Part shown: piece by piece, positions 10,760-23,255 of the stretch
How the letters are laid out: every line of letters starts with the position of its first letter
Position numbering within the stretch: the first letter of the stretch is position 1
DNA from: Nemertoderma westbladi
Taxonomy: Eukaryota > Animalia > Xenacoelomorpha
DNA: 64,000 bases
Assembly (NCBI GenBank): GCA_032718475.1
Contig: JAUCBJ010009076.1
Location: 17,754-81,753 of the forward strand
Direction: 5' to 3'
Translations under genes and position numbers: made by a program
The notes under the pieces: generated by a model
The model's input: only the letters and a program-made list of their open reading frames with translations
What the model was told of the DNA's origin: nothing
Database searches by the model: none

Positions 10760-12785
10760 TCGGAGTGTCCGAGACTGTCAGAGAGTTCAATGACGTCCCC
10801 CAAGCAATTGTAGAGGACTCTATAGCGCCCATATTCGCAGACGATACTGGACTGGCCCACAGTGATACGCACTCAGAAAATATATCTATTTCATTAACTA
10901 ACACGATGGAAAGAGTCTCTCAATGCTGTATTGAAAACAAACTGACCATAAACTTTGCCAAGACGGAATGCATCCTTTTGGGAACACACCAGAGAGAGGC
11001 TAGCAACTGCTCCCGAACTGGATGTCTACTGTCGCGGGAACCGCATACCTAACCGAAAATCAGTTACCTATCTCGGGACGGTGATTAACGAAAGGTTAAC
11101 TGAATGGCAATGAAGATGTAAAAGCGAGGCAACTCCCGGTTAAAGTTCCTCCATCGTAATGGGTCCGTCCTCGATCGTTCCCTACTTATTCAGCCACACC
11201 TCAACTATACGGCTTCGACATGGTTTTTCACAATCTCTATTCGGCTGCGCCAGCAACTGGAGGCCCGCCAGCGGAAGTGCGTTAGCTTTTGCTTGGGCCT
11301 CGGTCCGAGAGCCCATATCGATGCCTCAAGTTATGTGGACATAAACTGGCTTGGCTACCCCTTCAACAACGTGTAGAGGCCGTGATTCTTGCCTGGATGT
11401 ACAAAATAAAACGAGGTGAAGCCCCGGAATATCTAGCAGACCTGGTGGATTTCTGGGAAACCAACCACTCCCTCAGATCAACCAACAATTGCGCATCCAT
11501 TCCATTCCTCTCAGGAACACATGCTATGGTCAGAACACCTCCAGTTACCTTGGTTCGAAGCTGTGGAACGATTTACCCAGATACATAACCAATATAAACT
11601 CCCTAATTAGCTTCCAATACAGCGTTAAGAAACACTACCTGCAAAACATAACTATTCAAGACGCATCGGTGTACAACAATACTTAAATCAACTAGGTATC
11701 ACAGTCCCACATTTATTTATAGCCCTAGAACGCATATTCGTTATTTTTAAAAAACTTTAAATACCGGTACTTAATTTTAGATTTTTAATTTAACTATATT
11801 TAATTTTAATTTATCTATACGTGACTGCATTATCTATCATAGCTGAATAACAACCATTTCTTCATTATTTTAATTACTTACTTACTCCATATATTTAATA
11901 TACGAATTTTAATTTATCTATACGTGACTGCATTCTCTATCATAGCTGAATACCAACCATTTCTTCATTATTGTAATTACTTACTTACTCCATATATTTA
12001 ATATTCGATTTTTAATTTACTCTTATTTAATTAAATTTATTATTATCCGACTAGATTGTTTATCATGGCCTAATATTATTTCTAGTGATGGAGTATTTTT
12101 TCGTATGTAATGTATTTTATTTACCATGGCTTATCCGCTAAACAGTAGGAATCTTGTCACAGGTCACACAAAAACGCCACGCCTTGTGATTATCACCTTA
12201 ATTAAATGGGACCCTTATGGAAGGGAACGCGGTTCGCCGCATGAGGCTATCCCTCCAGCTTAACGTCTAGATTCCCAATTGGTGTCACTAGAGTGTAACA
12301 CTAGCTATTTTTAATTAGGTAATTCCAAGTCCCTTTTAGCAAATTTTATTTTACTAATTGCTCGCAATTAATTAATTATACAACTTGTTGTTGGTTTTTT
12401 GCAACTTGTATTGGTAGATCAACAAATAGTTATTTTAATGTTACCTAATATTTACACTACCTATGGTACCATGTGTTATCATTTAAAGAAAGCATCAGCT
12501 ATTTAATTTTAACTTACTTTCAGTTTAATGCAACAAAATTTTATTCATATATTTAATTGGAATATCGACTTACATTGGTGATTAACTTACTTTCAGTTTA
12601 ACGCAACTGTATTTAATCATATATTTAATTGTAATATCTGACTTACATTGGTGATTTAACTTACTTTCAGTTTAACGCTACCTTTATTTAACTTAATATT
12701 TGTATTTTCTATGGTACCAGTTTTATCTATGTTACCGATTTTAACCATGTTAATTTGGAAAAAAAAATCAATCAATCAATCAATC
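10760..12785 (+). mobile_element. Decayed 5'-truncated LINE (CR1/L2-group-like) in the protease intron
   Basis: Frameshifted RT remnants: IFADDT, NKLTINFAKTECILLGT, LAWLPLQQRVE..MYKI..APEYL, YLGSKLWNDLP. AT-rich downstream region with local duplications and an A-run/(AATC)n tail at ~12759-12785. The 3' boundary is inferred. Confidence 0.7.
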
Positions 12786-12995
12786 TGTGAGATATGGCGA
12801 ACTGTGGGACTAATAGAAAAGTTATATGACTTTCTGAAGAAGAGACTTTCAGGTACTACCATCATTGTAAATGGGGTATACTATGGAATACAGCCTTTCC
12901 AGGCTAACATAGGTATGAATTGCGATGGTACTGATTGTATTTATATAAACATCAATAATGAAGAATAATTATTGTATATATTATGTTCTACTAAC

Positions 12996-13124
12996 GTCTT
13001 GAGACGGCTTCATATCTGATACTGAAACCACGAAATTCGTCTACCGAGTCGGAATATAATTCTAATCGGGCAAAATTGTTGTTGGTCGTAAACCGAGAAA
13101 AGATGTTTGTACCGCAGAACTTTC
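12996..13124 (-). CDS. CUB-serine protease exon: second half of CUB domain
   Basis: Not in the ORF track. TTTCAG acceptor, GTTAGT donor, 129 nt, phase 1-1. Encodes GKFCGTNIFSRFTTNNNFARLELYSDSVDEFRGFSIRYEAVSR (CUB motifs FCG, SD..., RGF...Y). Confidence 0.9.
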
Positions 13125-13287
13125 CTGAAATTGTCATAAAGGTATAAATGGTTTACGCACATTTCGTCCACATGATATATATTTATATTTATTGTTATTT
13201 ATTTTACAATAATATAGTATAGTACATTTATACACCATGACCATTACCCGTAATACAGTGTCATTTTCTGATGATGTAATATTATGA

Positions 13288-13706
13288 TTTTGTTCACAAA
13301 TGGAAAAAATGAGAATGCGCGTCACCGGGAGTTGAACCAGCGATATACGTACGTTATGGCATATCAGGCCTCGTCAGTAGCGCTAACCAGCTAACAGCTC
13401 AACTCCATTTTATACAATTAATATCACCTGGCAGCAATACTCGAGCTGAATATTTATTTATTTGTACTTGCCTCCTGCTTCACTCTAACAAACTTGAGGC
13501 CGTTACGTCCGCTGTTACAGATGTGATATATGCAACTTAAGATTACCTGTTCAATAGAAGTGGATTAGGTGGGAGAGTGAATATCTGGGGCAAGTGGCTG
13601 AACTGGTTAGCGCTACTGATGAGGCCTGATAGGCCGAAACGTACGTATAGCGCTGGTTCAACCCCCGGTGATGCGCTCTCTCATTTTTTCCATTTCTGAA
13701 CAAAAC
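13288..13706. mobile_element. Inverted ~110-bp arms carrying hammerhead motifs (Penelope-like pLTR or retrozyme remnant)
   Basis: ~13288-13397 is an imperfect reverse complement of ~13598-13706, with a ~200-bp spacer. Each arm contains a hammerhead core. Confidence 0.6.
13609..13654 (+). ncRNA. Minimal type I hammerhead ribozyme
   Basis: AGCGCUA-CUGAUGA-GGCCU(GAU)AGGCC-GAAAC-GUAC-GUA-UAGCGCU: 7-bp stem I, intact core, stem II, minimal stem III with palindromic loop, GUA cleavage triplet. Confidence 0.85.
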
Positions 13707-13926
13707 CATTCTATTGCATTCTACAACTGCATTAACATTTCAAATCCAATTTCTTTTGTGATGACACAGACCCCCCCCCCCCCCCCCCCCCCATTTTTAT
13801 CATATTGCTTTATTGCTAAAAAAAAGATGCTTGCTAAATTTGAATAGAGCTACTGTACCAGTAGTTGAAGGATAGGTGATGAATTTACAACAATAATCCG
13901 TTTATTATTAATAACCATTTTTATAC

Positions 13927-14143
13927 CTATGTATAGATGGCCATCATAGAATTTGACTCCATCATAGCGGCATTGACCATCGGGAGCACCTCGGCTGTAA
14001 GATTCTTCAGTGATAAAGTCGTCCACGTATATGTTTATGACCATTTCCGGAGGAACAACAATCTCGTAAACACAATCAGAATACGATTGATATTGCTCCG
14101 GATAATTTAATGTTTTTATGATTCCAGAAAAATTGTCGAACAA
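13927..14143 (-). CDS. CUB-serine protease exon: first half of CUB domain
   Basis: TTTTTAG acceptor, GTATAA donor. Encodes LFDNFSGIIKTLNYPEQYQSYSDCVYEI...CRYDGVKFYDGHLYI. Phase 1 joins the next exon. Upstream exons were not resolved. Confidence 0.88.
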
Positions 14144-15693
14144 CTAAAAAATTAAATTAAATTAAGGCGGTAATAACTATATTTACATCATTGTGTGAAA
14201 ATGGTGCACAATTCAGTGTATATGCCCCTTGGATATTTGCTTAAACCTCCCTCACTGTGCTGTGCTCGCTCGTTACATAAATACTCTCTGCCAAGTCATC
14301 TGAACTCTTAAACAATTTTTTTAAATATTGAGATGTTTACGAATATTAATGAAATACATAATACATCCTTTTTAAGAAATTAATTTCATTTAGGCCTAAT
14401 ACAACAACTAAACGGAAATAATCTTACACTTAACCTGGCTAAAAATGTTTTGTAAATTTTTTAAGTAATTTCCGAAAGTATACATACATACTTACTCATC
14501 CTTACAGTTATTCATAAACATTATATTGTTGAGGCTGCCTAATATGGAAACAATATGTAATTGGCTTAAAAAAAAATTCAAAATTTTTTTTAAGATTACA
14601 GTTCTCGTCTCCTTTTAATAAACTTTAAAACGTCTCTCAATGCAATCTTATAAAGTGCTAAATTATAATCTTGGATTTAGTACAGGTCTTATGAGTAATT
14701 GCTGGTCAGAAAACTCGACACCCCCATGCGGGACAAAGGAGATGCCATCTGTGGCTGGTTGCATAAACTCTCTTACTAAGGGCATAATATGGACCTTAAC
14801 TAGTACCCCTTCGTTCTGAGATGACTCCTATGTTCTGGGGGGTTAAGGACCCATATACTCGGCTGCAGGGGTTTATGCCATGAACAATGTTACAATTAGA
14901 TTGATATTGAACAATCTACCAAATGGTTAATCAGGAGTAGAGCTCTCTAATCATTTCCCATTTAAGTGCACTCAACTAATGCTACCAGCACCTGGTACAG
15001 TGGTTCAGGGTATGGCCCATCGTATGAGCTGCATAGCCAATGGTGGCTCATCAGGGTTGGTGTGGGTGATGGGTAGGTATGGGTGATGGGCCTCATATCT
15101 GACTCAACTGCGACACCCGCACTGTGGAGTGGCAAACCAGGGTGTCGTATTTGTCCCGAGAGCTGTCTCGGCAAAAGAGGCACCCCCTAACCCCCACTAT
15201 GGATGATATTTTAGTAACGCGGAGGTCCGGCCACTAGAGGCTAATGGATTTACCAGACTCAATTGGCCTCACAGGCGTCAGTTATCTCCTGAGCTGTCTT
15301 CACCGAACTGGGGGTAGCATCTCAACGTATAGTAGTAATGGTAATCTATAGTGGGGCAATTTTTGTGCAACGGTGTCTACTTAGTAAATGTGTATACAAT
15401 TAGGCACAAAGTATCAGGCAACTTTTATGAAATTTTTATTAGTCAATAAAATTTAAAACTATTTATAATAAACCTAAACAATTTTCATAAATTTTCAGCG
15501 CCACCTAGCGACGCAGTAATGAGTCGTTATCGAAATGGTTTGAGCGCAAGACATCCGACCTGGAGGTCACCAGTTCGATCCCACCTGGATATCAGCGAAA
15601 TGCCTGAACTAGCTGATAAGACTAAATGTGCCGGGTCAGTTCGTGTTAGATTAGTGTCAGTACGTTAGATCAGTAGGTAGTGTCGGTTAATCA

Positions 15694-16262
15694 GGAGTCC
15701 GGACAATTGCGACCCGGTCAATTGCGACCCATGTATTTAAATAAAGATTATGGGTCGCAATTGTCCGGGTCGCAATTGACCGGGTCGCAATTGTCCGGGT
15801 CGCAATTGTCAATGATATACAATAATACAATGATATACAATAATACAATGATATTTATCAATGATATACATTACATCTTTTTATCTGGATCCGGACAATT
15901 GCGACCCGGTCAATTGCGACCCATGTATTTAAATAAAGATTATGGGTCGCAATTGTCCGGGTCGCAATTGACCGGGTCGCAATTGTCCGGGTCGCAATTG
16001 TCAATGATATACAATAATACAATGATATACAATAATACAATGATATTTATCAATGATATACATTACATCTTTTTATCTGGATCCGGACAATTGCGACCAG
16101 GACAATTGCGACCAGGACAATTGCGACACGGACAATTGCGACCCGGTCAATTGAGACCCATCAATTTTTTCTAAAATCATGGGTCGCAATTGACCGGGTC
16201 GCAATTGTCCGGGTCGCAATTGTCCGGGTCGCAATTGTCCAGGTAGCAATTGTCCTAACATC
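15694..16262. mobile_element. Mutator-like (MULE) non-autonomous element with 15-bp subterminal repeats
   Basis: Flanking direct repeat GGTTAATCA (15685-15693 and 16263-16271) is a candidate 9-bp TSD. Inverted arrays of GGACAATTGCGACCC, plus an internal 192-bp tandem duplication. Confidence 0.75.
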
Positions 16263-18605
16263 GGTTAATCAACCACATTTTATTGGTATTTTATTTTCAT
16301 AAACTCAACAAATTATTTTTTTTTAATATTAAATTATTGCTACTAAGCTTTTATTTGTTATTTTTTTATGATTTACGAAATATGCCATGTGCCATCCGTC
16401 CAATCAAAAAAATTTTAGTTCGTATTTTGTCGTTCGCGACACCTTGTGGAGTGAATCAGAACTGTATGTGGTTCAGAAGCCATCTACTAAAACTAGCCAC
16501 AGTTTAGTGATAGCTGTTCGCTACAATGTTTGCAGTTCTCGTAGATGGAGGTGGTTAGTGTCTACTGAACATTTTATGGCGTAATCAGCCAATCAGAATA
16601 GCTGATTGAAAATGTCTCGATGGATATTATAAAATTATTATCACTTACTCCGCCACAATCTTCAATTGTCTCTTTTCTTCTTTTAAACCCTTTACCTGAA
16701 TTTCTTGCCAACGAAGTTTCAGCGATAACTGAAAATAATAATACAGGAAGATACATACAGTATATACTGTACAATTACTATATTATACTTAGAGGGTTTG
16801 TGGGGGGGGGGGGGGGGTAATTTTGTTATCATATTGGACAAAAGGCTTCTCTATGGGGGGCAAGCTGTTTTGAAGCTTTGAAACATCATCATTTCAAATC
16901 ATCATCACTGATCATTTATCAATTCAGTCAGAAATTGTCGAAGTAAACCAAAAAAATGCAATTTATAGGGGCGATTCGGCCCTGCTTTGAATGTATCGAT
17001 AGTTGAGTGAGCATTGGATTTTATACCATAAACCTTGCGCAGCATTCTCTTCAGCAGAAAGAGTCCAGTAGGTGCCGGCATAATGCAGCACATAGCTATA
17101 ACATACTGCTGCGCAGAATAAACTTATATGTTAAGGGAATAATTTTATTTCATAATGCACACGCTATTCGGAGGTCTTTGGCAGATCTCATTGGATACCC
17201 AGCAGGTTGGACTGTAAAAATTATCCTCAGAAAATAACGGTCAAGTTTTCCATTTAGTCCAAATAAAGGTTGCACGGTATAAATTGACAAATAAAAAATA
17301 ATGCAATAGTTTCCAAAAAAAACATAATATTAATAATACTCACGCAATAAATAGAAAACCATAAAAGAAATTGCCCAAATTACCATTTTAATTATACAAA
17401 TATTTTACTATAGAGGATAAAATTTATTTTATAATAATATAAATATAAATTTTGATATGGAAAAAAAATATAATGTTAGCTAGTTTATATCCTTCACACC
17501 ATATAATAGAAATTCAACTAAATATGTTTATTTTCCAGATGCATCGTGTTTGACTTTCTGTAGATAATAATATTTAGTAAATGTAGGCCGCCTTTGATAA
17601 ATTGATGAAATAATAAAGTAATCAAGTGAGTTAATGGATTAACAAATATATTTTATACACTAAATATGCGTTCACTAAGCACATATGGCCGGATTACATC
17701 CCTTTTCCAAAATTCCAGCCGCAGAATTAGCTATTTTATGTCACTTTATAATGTAATATACGATCAATTTCGTGGATAAATTTAATTCCCCAGAGGAAAA
17801 TTAGTTATGTTACAGAGTAGCAAAGTTCTTTGGTCTGGTGACAGTTGGGGCCTTTACCCATAGTCATTAATCAACAGGGATTTGTAGGGAGATGGCCACT
17901 TAATTGTCCTTCGGGGATCCAAACTCTCTCTCTCGACCCAAATGAATTGCTTTACCAGTAATCCGTTTCTGCTTTAGCGTTGTATGGTGGTCGTAAAACC
18001 TCCACCCATATGATAGCCCACGCTCTATAGTTAAACTTCTCAATCAACGACACACTTACGTTTTACAAAATTACAATAATTAAATGAAAATTAAACATGA
18101 AATTAGTTTGTATAAGAACAGGAATGAACTTCGGCATATCACGTGCCTGATTTCTAATGAATCATCTGCACGTGTTTACATAGCGGGGCTCCAAACTAAT
18201 ACATTTTCTATAAACGATATAGTGTTGTGAAGAGGGAATTTCAAATTTAGCGACCCGTACGTAACGCATACGCTGTTAAAAAGATCGTAGTCCCCAAAGG
18301 CATGGTGTATAGTGTGGTGAGGCAAGCGCTCTTTCCCCACTACCATAAGTCAGTCAGTATAGCTGAAATGCTGAGGAGATATGACTGTATACTTTTACGA
18401 CGACGTATTTACGACGACGACAGACGGGTCCACTAATTAACCCCTAAGCTATAAGGGTCACCTTGACTTACGTGGTTCGCCCTAAATAATCCAACCAATT
18501 ATTGTTAGAGTCCTAATGTTGCAATGGCGTATGGATAAATACACAACAAAGGTGCAATAGGTAGATATTATATTGATTTGATTGTTTGATTACAGTTTAG
18601 TTATT

Positions 18606-18650
18606 ACTAGCAAACCAGCCAGGCGCGCGAAGCGCGCCTGGCTTGCTAGT
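18606..18650. other. GC-rich palindrome resembling a Helitron/Helentron terminus
   Basis: AGCCAGGCGCGC-GAA-GCGCGCCTGGCT 12-bp perfect stem, flanked by ACTAGCA and TGCTAGT. Confidence 0.5.
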
Positions 18651-20292
18651 CTACAGTAGTATCTATTATACTATAGGTACTACTGTGGATGCTCTCATAT
18701 TTAGTTTATTAAAATTTTTGATTTTATCAAATAAAAGTATTAAATATACCCCCCGCCCCATCCCAACGCCTTGATAGTGTAGTATAAATGTAGTGCACAA
18801 TACAATATAATAAAAAATAGTACAGTTTAATTATATCAATACACAGGACGGTGTTGACTCCCCCCCAACTTGTTGTTTTATGTCTTACACCCTTGGAGTT
18901 TTATAGGCAATATACTGGTAACATTGCATGGCAGTGTATTTATATACCGAGCGAGCGCAGCGAGGAAAGTTTACATAAATTCACGAGGCCCATAAACGCT
19001 GAATAATACCAGTTTAGCACGATTGTACGAAATTTCGTTACATTATGTATATTTATCGTGGTTCAAAAGAGTTAATTATTAAAATTAATATTGCAATGAT
19101 AAATATTGATAAAATATATTTCTTTCATCCGCCAAACCTATACCCTATTCATCATTGCCCACCCGCACCTTTCACATCCCCACTAACCTTTAACTAATTG
19201 TTACACGGTTATGGAAGGGGGGGGGGGGGGGTATTTAATTTTTGAGGCCCTTCAAAATTCACAGCCCGCATCCCAAAATTCCTTAATCCAGCACTGTTAG
19301 CCATAGCAAGCAACATCAATAACGTAATGGCTTTTGTATACTTATAAACCGCCAGTAGGCATAAGCTTCTTAAAGATGAATCGTAATGGGACTTTCCAAA
19401 TATTTTTGCAATCGTGCCTGACTCATTTTTCACTTTTGGTGAAAGTATATTTTTCAAATAAAATAACATAGTATGTTTGTCTGTCGGTTGACGGTGTAGC
19501 GTTTACACCGCCCTCAAAATTATATCTGTAAGTTGAAATTGAAAATCTTCTGGAGTTTATGATAGGAATTCACTGCTTGATGGGCTGGAAAGATGTATCA
19601 GAAATATTTATCTGCAATTCCCTTGTGTAGGTCGGTCTCATCTCAAAGTATAATCCCAACCTTTCTTCAAGAATTACGATGGGTAGGTAGGTAAAAAATT
19701 TCTGCATATCATTGCTGATTCGCATGCTGTCGTTAAAATATAGGCAGCTAATTCACATTAATCTCGCTCGCTTGACGATACCATATGGCAAAGAAGGTAA
19801 TCGGTTTGCCTTAGGCTATAGCTTCTACGGAGTCAGTACGCCAAACATACTCACTCCATGAGCAGGGATTGCACACCTGATCCTTCGTTACCTAACATTT
19901 TTAGTTAGGCATTAATTTATTTTAGTGCAATGCGTTACCAATCACAACCTCCCTCATTATTAGCCATGCTATTCAGAGGATGCATAACCAATAGAATCAG
20001 CTCGTGTTCTTCAACTTCTGGGTTTCTACCAATAGAATCGAAGTAGTAGAAAATATGAATAATATCTTATTTGAAGACACTTTATCACTGGCATTTGAAG
20101 AAGTACAGTACCAATAATTGTACTATTTGTTTTAGTTAATAACGTAGAAGTACTTGCATTATGTCTTACGTTTTATAATTATAACTTTTAGCATATTATT
20201 TTTATGGTTGGTTAAAGGAAATCCTTGGGGATGGATATCAATCGTTTAAAAATAATACTTATAAAGTATCCAAGCACGTTGAATCTACAGTA

Positions 20293-20870
20293 GGACAATT
20301 CCGACCCGGACAATTCCGACCCGGACAATTCCGATCAGGACATTTCCGACCCGGACAATTCCAACCCATACCAAGATCGAATGACATTTTCATGGGTCGG
20401 AATTGTCCTAGGTCGGAATTGTCCGGGTCGGAATTGTCCGGATCCAAAAAATAAAAATAATTAATAGAAATTACCTGTAATCAATAACAAAAATCTGTGT
20501 TCCAGAACACTAATATTTTTCTTAATTGATAGCTAATATGTTTTAGAACATTTTCAAAAAACGTAGCAAAGACTAGCTAGTATTAAAAATTCGGACGGGG
20601 TATGCCCAAAACACACTATAACCGAATATATTCAATTCGAAAAATAATATTCAACTATAAAATTACATAGCAAACGTTCTAGAACGAAAAATTTCCATGG
20701 ACACGGCTATCTTAAAATATGTTGAATAATAAAACAATGTAATGTTAAATAAAATTATTATTTATTATTATTATTTTTTTTAATTATTTGGGTCGGAATT
20801 TTCCTATGCTGGATTCGGACAATTCAGACCCGGACAATTCCGACCCATGAAAATTTCATTCGATCTTGAT
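20293..20870. mobile_element. Second MULE-like foldback element with 15-bp repeats (related family)
   Basis: GGACAATTCCGACCC repeats and their inverse at 20293-20445, with further fragments at ~20790-20868. TSD not found. Confidence 0.55.
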
Positions 20871-21902
20871 TGCATAAAGTAATGGAGACCAGATAAAGAG
20901 TCTTGATCTTTGTATTATACGACCTTTAAAGATCAAATTAAAAGTTATAAACCTCGTATTACGAAGGTCAAGACCAAATAAGCATAAAAGTTAATTTTTA
21001 AATTTTTCCCAATCATTTGAGGGCAAGTTAATCTGTTTGATACAATATTTTTCAGAATGGCAGTATGCTAAATATGCCATAATCACCTCCGTATCTCAGT
21101 TTCTTATTATAGAATCTGTAGACCTTGGTTGCAATTTGGGCGAATTATTACAGTTTTTGTAACTTGGTTATCTAATAAATGGTTCACTTTCAGGTTCAGT
21201 TTCATTGTTACTCATCTAGAGTTGTATATTATACATTTCATTGGATGTATAGCTGTAATGGTAGGCCTGGAGGGTTCTCTCTAAAGATGTATTGTGCTAC
21301 ATAACAACCCACATTTAACCTCATCATTTCAGTTTGAAGCAATTAACCATGTGGTTCTGTAAGATTGTATAACACGGACTCTAATAAATTGTAGACTTAG
21401 TTGAATCATAATATATGTACATAAGGTAATTGATCATTTTCAGATTAAAAGTAATATTCGTATGTTTAAAGTGCGACAAAAAATTCGAGTAAAAAAATTC
21501 TGCGGTGCAAATGTTGCAAATTGCTTCGATAAAATAGAACTCGGCTTAATGAACGCCTTGAAATAAAGTAAATTTAAAGCAGTGGGGCTACTGGGTGATA
21601 TTTAACTTAATTTAATCAATGTGTCGCAAAGACAGAAAAACTTTAAACCTAGAAACTTCAATTCCAAAACGAAAATTATTTTAATAATTTGTTGTTTTAG
21701 TAAAGTACACGTATTTCTCACGGGTTAGAATTGTTATACTGTACAATGTTCTCAGACTAGCTTTCGCTCACTCATTTATATCGAATAATATTATTAAAAC
21801 GATTGGGCTAAATTCTAAATCTTTATCAAATATTAATAGTATGATTACATACTATACTATGTATATTATACTAATTTCTATGTACTAAAATATCAAACAA
21901 GC

Positions 21903-22115
21903 ATGAGAAAACTGCCCTTTGGAAACTCTGTAGCGCACGTGAAAACCGCGAAGAGATCAACAATTCACAATACATCAAGAATTCCTCATAAAATAAATCA
22001 AATGGTTTCTAATTCAACTCTAGAAGACTGTGAATCACCCGCAGGGGGAAGCCATGTTTGGGAGCAAATTGGCATCGGAGCGGGAAAACGAACTCTTAGG
22101 AAAACTATTAATCAG
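21903..22115 (+). CDS. NHLH: Probable exon 1 of the NHLH/NSCL bHLH gene
   Basis: ATG-initiated 71 codons ending CAG|GTAACT, phase 0, in frame with the acceptor at 22703/22704. The sequence itself is not recognisably conserved. Confidence 0.55.
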
Positions 22116-22703
22116 GTAACTTACAGTTTACAATAAATCGTTAAACTTATACTTAAGCGAGATTCTTATCTTGTCTGGGTGGAATTCTTTATTCAACAAA
22201 GCAACTTGAGTGTGGTTTAAAAAGTAATTAAATTAATTAAATGATTAATAAAGTAATTAACAATACAAAAACATAAACAAATAATGTAGTGGAAATTGGT
22301 GTACAATGTAGAGTAGTGTATTCTGCTTTAGTACACAACAGTAATAAAAAGTAACTAGCAGTAACTAAATCAGACTACATTTAGTTAGTTCAACCGCTTT
22401 TCACCTGGAGAAGAGTGAATTATGCAGAGAGTGGAGGGAGGGGGTGATATTCAAAATGCAAACCTCTTCCGCGGAAAATCGACGCAAATAACAGCGGGTT
22501 ACTCCCACAAATTATTAATATGTGCTATTGACTTTCGTTTATTGTTTTGGTTATAATAAAGTGCCACTGTATCTCAAATTTTGATTGCGTCTATAGTCTC
22601 CCCTCCCGTATCTGCAGCCCCGGCCCCAGGGTTGACAACCAACCTTCTCCTTCTTAAATCCGACATTTTGAGAGAATCTACAGTATATCTCATTCCTGTT
22701 TAG

Positions 22704-22952
22704 GAGAACGATTTCCCCGAAGTGGAGGTATTGAGCCGAGAGGAGCGGCGACGCCGACGACGTGCTACAGCGAAGTACCGGACCGCCCACGCGTCGCGGG
22801 AACGGATACGGGTGGAGGCGTTTAACGTTGCGTTCGCTGAACTCCGTCGTCTGTTACCAACGCTACCACCCGATAAGAAACTATCCAAAATAGAGATCCT
22901 GCGATTGGGAATATGCTATATATCGTATCTACAGTACGTACTGGACAGATGA
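22704..22952 (+). CDS. NHLH: NHLH1/2 (NSCL/HEN, HLH4C-type) bHLH transcription factor, bHLH exon
   Basis: [67 protein letters not shown] is the diagnostic NSCL basic region and HLH. Acceptor CCTGTTTAG. Confidence 0.95.
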   Translation, partial: ENDFPEVEVLSREERRRRRRATAKYRTAHASRERIRVEAFNVAFAELRRLLPTLPPDKKLSKIEILRLGICYISYLQYVLDR

Positions 22953-23255
22953 TCAGCAAATATCTGACGAATAACAGTAGAGCTATTACTACTTAATGTC
23001 ATATTGTTGTTATTGGACACGCTGTTACTCTAATACTGCTATTATTGAACACAATCATGACCTACTATAGACGAAGACCTACTTTTACAGACTATGTAAT
23101 TATTGTGTTCATTACATTACATTTAATTTAATAATATAATGTAATTTAAATGCACTGTATAGTCCATGTTTTCCTGATCTCAATGTTAACATTGCCCACG
23201 AGTGCACAACTACTTCATTACTGTGATTGCTATTATGAATTACTGTCAAATTAAA

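Noticed and set aside
14490-14540. Upstream exon of the CUB protease
   Set aside because: Splice-like sites exist, but no phase joins the CUB exon without a stop or frameshift.
15130-15260. HDV-like ribozyme near GGCTAATGG
   Set aside because: Could not build the P1/P1.1/P3 nested pseudoknot on either strand; the GC-richer block ~14680-15330 remains unexplained.
15510-15620. tRNA or SINE head
   Set aside because: Only a B-box-like AGTTCGATCCC is evident; too weak to call.
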